Source: an uncultured virus (IMG/VR IMGVR_UViG_3300025896_000027)
Taxonomy: Duplodnaviria; Heunggongvirae; Uroviricota; Caudoviricetes; Schitoviridae
Strand: one strand, 5' to 3'
IMG/VR virus record: IMGVR_UViG_3300025896_000027
DNA length: 20,000 nt
The translations under genes and the position numbers were made by a program. Within the stretch, counting starts at the first letter, position 1. Every line of letters starts with the position of its first letter. Of the stretch, positions 15,416-20,000 are shown one piece after another. The notes under the pieces were generated by a model that saw only the letters and a program-made list of their open reading frames with translations, did not search any database and was not told where the DNA came from.

Positions 15416-15419
15416 ATAA
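15144..15419 (+). CDS. Rz1-like outer-membrane lipoprotein spanin (o-spanin), +1 frame within Rz
   Basis: Signal sequence MRSSWLLGTLLVLSLVG-C with lipobox LVGC (Cys codon 15213-15215), then a Pro-rich stretch LPVLPKPPSL. Start uncertain (15144, 15147 or 15162). Ends 4 nt beyond the Rz stop. Confidence 0.85.
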   Translation: MMHFNSMRSSWLLGTLLVLSLVGCGTPAKKQNADLPVLPKPPSLSTSLPSVEYTESVQIDIQKWDSKLKGTQMMSEPSLTPGQSGESQSSK

Positions 15420-15430
15420 TCGAACCATCA

Positions 15431-15470
15431 ATGAAGCCCCCTAGTTGTTTAGACCAGGGGGCTTTTTCAT
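15431..15470. terminator. Intrinsic terminator between the converging lysis cassette and rIIB, possibly bidirectional
   Basis: Stem aagccccct...agggggctt followed by a T tract on +; located between convergent genes. Confidence 0.8.
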
Positions 15471-15493
15471 GGCTCAAGCCAATGTGATCAAGT

Positions 15494-17278
15494 TCAGTCC
15501 GTCAGGAGCTTGATCTTGCTGACTTCACCGGAAGGCACACCCAAGACATCCCAGGACTTCTTAGCGCCCTGTTTGATCTTGAGAATGTCCTTGGCGAAGT
15601 CCTTCTTCGCTGCACCCGTGGCAGCTTGGAACAGTGGCAGCAAATGGGCGATTTGCTCTCGTGGTGTCTTCATGTCGGTCTTCTTCTCAGGTTGAGGTTT
15701 GGCCTCTGGCTTCGTCTCGACCTTCTTGGCTTCCTTCACAGGAGTCTTAGGCCGAGCACTGATGGTGCCACCATTGATGTCAGGCAAGCCCAGCTTGTCC
15801 CAGCCAACTTTGGCAGCTTTCTTGAAGGCATGCAGCTCAGCCAAAGCTTTCATCTGCTCATCCGAACCTGCGGGGTGATCCGTCAAAGCATCGTAGAGCT
15901 TCTTGGCTTGTTCCTTGCGGGACAGTTGAGCCTTGACTTCTTGAACCACAGCCTTGGGATCCATCTTTTCATCCAAGGCTTCAGCAGCAGCATCTTGCAG
16001 AGCTTCAGCCATCTTTGGCTTGGGCACTACCTTGACGATGGCTTCTTTGATCTCAGGATGCAGAGCTGAGGGCTTTTGATTGGTCATTTTCTTCATAGGT
16101 GTGATGACCAAACCAGTGCCTTTCTGACCTGTGATCTTCACCTCTTCGATGATGCCGATGTGGTCACCAGCCAATGCCCTGCCCAACAGAATCTTGCCAG
16201 CTTCGCTATTGGTGATCGGCTGATTGGTCCTCAGCACGCGATACTGTTCCTCAGTCAGCTCAAAGATGATGTGATAGGCACACACACGCATCTTGTTGGC
16301 ATCGTACTGAGGCACTGCGATGACATCCTCAGGAGCCAGCTTAGCCATGACACACACGTCACCAGAGAAGCTACCGATGTAACCACGACGAGCCACATGG
16401 AGACCATTGGAGCACTCGTTGTTGCGGTTGTGGTCCACCAGAGAAGCATCCATGCAGACCTTCGAACCAACACGTTGAGGCACATTTTTGGTGTGGCAAT
16501 CCACGTAGGTGCTGTTTGCCTCGTCCTTGAACTTCAGCACCTTGTAGATGATGATGCTGCCATCTTCAGCGATTGGCAGATCAGCACGTTCCATGAACTT
16601 CAGCAGATCTTCAACCGAGTGCTTGCGCTCACCGATGACACTGCCCAGGCGACGAAGGAAGTTCTCCACCCCGGTCGTAGAACCGAGTCTGGCAGCACGA
16701 GCGAACTGGCTTTTGATCTTCTCCATGCCGGGAATGATCTTACCGTCCACCACAGCGATGATGGTGTCATCAGCCGTCTCAGGTGTATGTGCATTGGGAG
16801 TACGACCGTCTTCCTCAGTGATGGAAGCTTGCTTGTCCAAGTCTCGTTCATGGTAGTCATCACGAGCCACGGGAGTGGCATGCTCCAGGATCTCGTTGAC
16901 AGCATCAACCATGGCTTCCTCCTTGGTCTTCTCAGGACCAGGGACGGGTGCCGGTGTAGGGATCTCACCTACTGAGAATGCTGCTGGCAATACAGGGCCT
17001 TCGAAGAAGTTCTTCAGCTTCTGCTTGGCAATACGGAACAAGCGAACTACACCACTGGATTTCTCTTCGAATTCCTTGAAGGTTTGTTCTGCTTCGATGG
17101 TGAGGTCCACATCAGCGTAGCCACGTTCTGTCAGCATAGGTGTGGCCACAGCCAGGATCTTGCGGACACGGGGATCGCCTTGTGGAATGACGATGGTTTG
17201 CCCATTCTCTTTGTAGAGAACGAGTTCCTTGGTATCGAGCACTGCTGCCACGATACGAGTGAGTTGGGGAGCGGTCAC
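15494..17278 (-). CDS. rIIB: rIIB-like protein
   Basis: 594 aa, GTG start with SD AAGGA. rIIB core motifs: LPIAEDGSIIIYKVL, VDCHT, VDHNRNNECSNGLHVA, PEDVIAVP.YDANKMRVCAYHII. Directly downstream of rIIA. Confidence 0.88.
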   Translation of the reverse strand: MTAPQLTRIVAAVLDTKELVLYKENGQTIVIPQGDPRVRKILAVATPMLTERGYADVDLTIEAEQTFKEFEEKSSGVVRLFRIAKQKLKNFFEGPVLPAAFSVGEIPTPAPVPGPEKTKEEAMVDAVNEILEHATPVARDDYHERDLDKQASITEEDGRTPNAHTPETADDTIIAVVDGKIIPGMEKIKSQFARAARLGSTTGVENFLRRLGSVIGERKHSVEDLLKFMERADLPIAEDGSIIIYKVLKFKDEANSTYVDCHTKNVPQRVGSKVCMDASLVDHNRNNECSNGLHVARRGYIGSFSGDVCVMAKLAPEDVIAVPQYDANKMRVCAYHIIFELTEEQYRVLRTNQPITNSEAGKILLGRALAGDHIGIIEEVKITGQKGTGLVITPMKKMTNQKPSALHPEIKEAIVKVVPKPKMAEALQDAAAEALDEKMDPKAVVQEVKAQLSRKEQAKKLYDALTDHPAGSDEQMKALAELHAFKKAAKVGWDKLGLPDINGGTISARPKTPVKEAKKVETKPEAKPQPEKKTDMKTPREQIAHLLPLFQAATGAAKKDFAKDILKIKQGAKKSWDVLGVPSGEVSKIKLLTD

Positions 17279-17288
17279 GTTGGTTCCT

Positions 17289-19745
17289 TTAGGAGTTGAT
17301 GATGGAGAGCAAGATTTTTAAAGCCTTGTCTTTGAGATGGGAGTGATGGGGATACTTGAAGCATGACTCCAATTGATGGTGATTGAGCAAGTTCAAATGC
17401 TGATTGTCTTTCACCTTGTCCACAAGATCATGAACAGCTTGAGCCAGGGGGATTGCTTCAAGCCATTGGAAAGCTCGCTTCATTGCATCAGTACGTTTGT
17501 AATGATCATCCCAGAGGCTTTGCCATATCGTCAGATATAGCTTGTCCTCTTCGGTCATGTTGTTGACTAAACCAAATGTTGTTGCTAACTCCTTGTTGTT
17601 GAACACTGCCTGAAGTGTTTGCACTTCATATCCACGGGTTACCAGTGCTTCTGCACGAGTACGGCTGTATGCATAGTGCTCCAAGATTGTTGGGCTAGAT
17701 GCGATGTAGTGAATCACCTTGTCGATGACGAACTCCATCAAATCCTTTGCACCCTTGGCTTTATATACATCGTACTGAATCGTGTTGATAACAGCACCAC
17801 CTTGCTTCCCGAACAATCGGACAATGGCAGTGGATGCCGCACGAGAGAAATCGTCGATCTTATTGCAGTCACTGTCCTTGTTCTTTTTAACGAGGACAAT
17901 GAATTCAGGATCTTCGATCCGAGCAACATCCTCATCAAAGAGGTCATCGGTGTCGATGCTGGAACTTGTCAATGCTGCATCGAGTAATGGCAGTCCTTTC
18001 TTCTTTGGCTTGCGCTCGTAAGTTGTCCGTTCGATAGGAGCATCCCAGCTATAGCGAACCGTGAGGTCCACTACATTGAAGCCAGCCTTTTCGAAGAATG
18101 CTTTTGCTTCCGCACCAGCTTCCTTCTTCCGGCTAACGTGATAGAACAAGAAGCCAGGATTGGTTCCCAGCTTCGTCATCACGTTATGTTGTTCAGCACG
18201 ATCAATGTCCTTCTGGGTTGTCGAGATGACAACGATCTTTCGAAGGTATGGCAGGCCCACCAGTGAATGTCTGAGCTTTGCCATCTTCGCAGGAACAAAG
18301 ACGGCACTTCCTGAGTAGTCACTTGAGATCAGATGTGCTCGGTCGTAGACATAGAGCTTAGACACATCCATGGACTTGTCATTGCTGACTCGTGTCACCA
18401 GAGGTGCAATGACCTGACGCTGGAACCATTCACCTGTGTGTCCAGCAGCAGGAGCAGAGTAGCTATACCTGGTATCGCTAAAAGGCGCATCCACCTTGGC
18501 CAAATCCCGAAGGTAGGTTTGTACCAAGCCACGGTCCAGCAATTGAGCAGCAGCCATCTTCTCCAGACGATGTGTAATGTCCTTCTTTCGGAAGGCCAGA
18601 TCGCTTGGATAGTTGGAGGCCATGAAGGCTTTCGCCATTGCCTTGACCGTGTTGATCCGCAGTTCCACATCCTTTCTGGAGCCATAGGACAAAGGCAACT
18701 GGCTTTCCGTGTTCAGGAGATCCTTGTATCTCGCTGCATTGACAGCTTCGTCAGTTATCTCCGTTGCCACCTTGCTGCACTCATCCTTGAAGGACGTGTC
18801 CAGGAGGGACAGGAAGCTTTTGAACAATCCCAACAAGGTGTTGTTGGTGTGCTCCTGCATCGACAACGATTCACGGCTTGGCGTAACCGAAATGCTGTGT
18901 GGAGGAGCCTGGAAGATCAGGATGTGAGGAGTGCTGTCATACGCTCCTTTCACCAAACTCTTCAGATGCTTCTTGATCAAGTCATACTCATGGTTGATGG
19001 CTTCAGCAGAAGGGATCGGGTAGATCACATTGCCATAGCGAACCACGATAGGTGTCTGATCAGTCAGAACCGTCTGGCTTTTTAGAAGCATCCAATTCGC
19101 TGTGCTCGTATCGAAGTCAAGCGTAGCGATCTTCCCGCCGTTCAAGCTCACATTCATATCGCCATTACTGGCAATACGTGTGATCAGCCCATGGAAGCGA
19201 TGACGATCACTGGAGTTCTTGACTGGGATGCTGACGACCAAGCCAGTCTCAGGAGATGGGAAGCTGGTGATCGGAGTAATCCCTGGCTTGCCCATGGCTT
19301 GAGCTGAAGACTTCGACAAGGCATAGATGGTCTTGGTACCCCCATTAGCCGAGGTCACCTCAAAGTGATCGGTATAGGCAAAGGGAGCTTTGCACCCAAG
19401 ACCAAAGCCACCTGTCTGGTTACCATCATTGGCTTTGGTGGAGTTCCCGTAGGTGCCGTAAATCTCACCGATCAGGTCATGAGGAATGCCCAGACCTTGA
19501 TCTTTGATCGTGAACTTGTCTGAGGTCAGAGTGACCTCAACAGCTTTGTCAGTGCAGCCAGCAACGATGTGAGCATCCCATGCATTGCAGAGCACTTCTC
19601 GGACCACGGCCAAGATCTGGTCGGAATACAAAGTACTCGACAGGATGTTGAAAAACTCAGCACTGTTGCTGATGCCGAACTCGATGGTTTTCTTCCCACC
19701 GATAACAGCATGGGTGACGTGATCTTCTACGTGATTGACTTGCAT
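17289..19745 (-). CDS. rIIA: rIIA-like protein with N-terminal GHKL/Hsp90-like ATPase domain
   Basis: 818 aa with FNILSSTLYSDQILAVVREVLCNAWDAH, IKDQGLGIP, YGNSTK, TGGFGLGCKAPFAYTDHFEV and TPSRESLS; paired with rIIB. Confidence 0.9.
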   Translation of the reverse strand: MQVNHVEDHVTHAVIGGKKTIEFGISNSAEFFNILSSTLYSDQILAVVREVLCNAWDAHIVAGCTDKAVEVTLTSDKFTIKDQGLGIPHDLIGEIYGTYGNSTKANDGNQTGGFGLGCKAPFAYTDHFEVTSANGGTKTIYALSKSSAQAMGKPGITPITSFPSPETGLVVSIPVKNSSDRHRFHGLITRIASNGDMNVSLNGGKIATLDFDTSTANWMLLKSQTVLTDQTPIVVRYGNVIYPIPSAEAINHEYDLIKKHLKSLVKGAYDSTPHILIFQAPPHSISVTPSRESLSMQEHTNNTLLGLFKSFLSLLDTSFKDECSKVATEITDEAVNAARYKDLLNTESQLPLSYGSRKDVELRINTVKAMAKAFMASNYPSDLAFRKKDITHRLEKMAAAQLLDRGLVQTYLRDLAKVDAPFSDTRYSYSAPAAGHTGEWFQRQVIAPLVTRVSNDKSMDVSKLYVYDRAHLISSDYSGSAVFVPAKMAKLRHSLVGLPYLRKIVVISTTQKDIDRAEQHNVMTKLGTNPGFLFYHVSRKKEAGAEAKAFFEKAGFNVVDLTVRYSWDAPIERTTYERKPKKKGLPLLDAALTSSSIDTDDLFDEDVARIEDPEFIVLVKKNKDSDCNKIDDFSRAASTAIVRLFGKQGGAVINTIQYDVYKAKGAKDLMEFVIDKVIHYIASSPTILEHYAYSRTRAEALVTRGYEVQTLQAVFNNKELATTFGLVNNMTEEDKLYLTIWQSLWDDHYKRTDAMKRAFQWLEAIPLAQAVHDLVDKVKDNQHLNLLNHHQLESCFKYPHHSHLKDKALKILLSIINS

Positions 19746-19754
19746 GGTGTTCTC

Positions 19755-19783
19755 AAAAAGAAAAAGCCCCAGTGATGGGGCTT
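19755..19783 (-). terminator. Rho-independent terminator-like hairpin just upstream of rIIA
   Basis: Perfect 8-bp stem aagcccca-gtga-tggggctt adjacent to aaaaagaaa on +, giving a U-rich tail on the minus strand. Confidence 0.75.
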
Positions 19784-19805
19784 ATGTTTTGGTTGTTGGT
19801 TTGGG

Positions 19806-19937
19806 TTAGAGACAGGGATCACCACAGTTACGGCATCCACCGCTCAAGGTACGATCTTCTTTGTCGCAGCAAGGCTCAAAGATAGCCCGCTGATCATCCC
19901 TTTTTCTGGGAGGCGGCGATTGCGTCGATGGCTGCAT
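19806..19937 (-). CDS. Small Cys-rich hypothetical protein (43 aa)
   Basis: Translated by hand: MQPSTQSPPPRKRDDQRAIFEPCCDKEDRTLSGGCRNCGDPCL*. The frame also stays open to the window edge, so the true start is uncertain. Confidence 0.45.
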   Translation of the reverse strand: MQPSTQSPPPRKRDDQRAIFEPCCDKEDRTLSGGCRNCGDPCL

Positions 19938-19998
19938 CAAACTCGTCGCCGCTTTTCGTGTAAACGCCAGTTTCACCAGCCACGTAAATCTCGCCCGA
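19894..19998 (-). CDS. C-terminal fragment of a hypothetical protein running off the window
   Basis: Open frame SGEIYVAGETGVYTKSGDEFDAAIDAIAASQKKG* with protein-like composition. Confidence 0.45.
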   Translation of the reverse strand, partial: SGEIYVAGETGVYTKSGDEFDAAIDAIAASQKKG

Positions 19999-20000
19999 CT

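Noticed and set aside
1..20000. CRISPR arrays, tRNAs, introns/inteins in nrdJ or thyX
   Set aside because: No regularly spaced repeats or cloverleaf sequences were noticed, and both enzyme genes are continuous and of ordinary length.

Overview
This 20-kb window is bacteriophage DNA, most likely from an N4-like phage (Schitoviridae). That assignment is inferred from the long rIIA/rIIB pair, ThyX, the class II ribonucleotide reductase and the gene layout. Minus-strand DNA-metabolism genes (nrdJ-type RNR and thyX on the left; rIIB and rIIA on the right) flank a 12.5-kb plus-strand late island. The island encodes a 1118-aa tail fibre with a DUF4376-type partner, then a mosaic cluster of putative virion-surface carbohydrate-active proteins, and finally a lysis cassette (two membrane proteins, M15 peptidase endolysin, Rz/Rz1 spanins) ending at a terminator. 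The mosaic cluster holds a small beta-rich protein, a 193-aa protein, a clan GH-A glycoside hydrolase, a 651-aa beta-helix-like spike, an RcGTA Rcc01079-like head-spike base and an SGNH-esterase fibre with an Rcc01080-like N-terminus. The most interesting signal is an apparent 'adaptor + short N-terminal docking peptide + swappable enzyme payload' display system: two otherwise unrelated proteins share the N-terminal motif M-x-V-x-x-I-D-K-x-L-x-Q-P, and a GTA-type head-spike base sits beside a fibre carrying an esterase. All family assignments come from motif recognition by eye; no database search was run.
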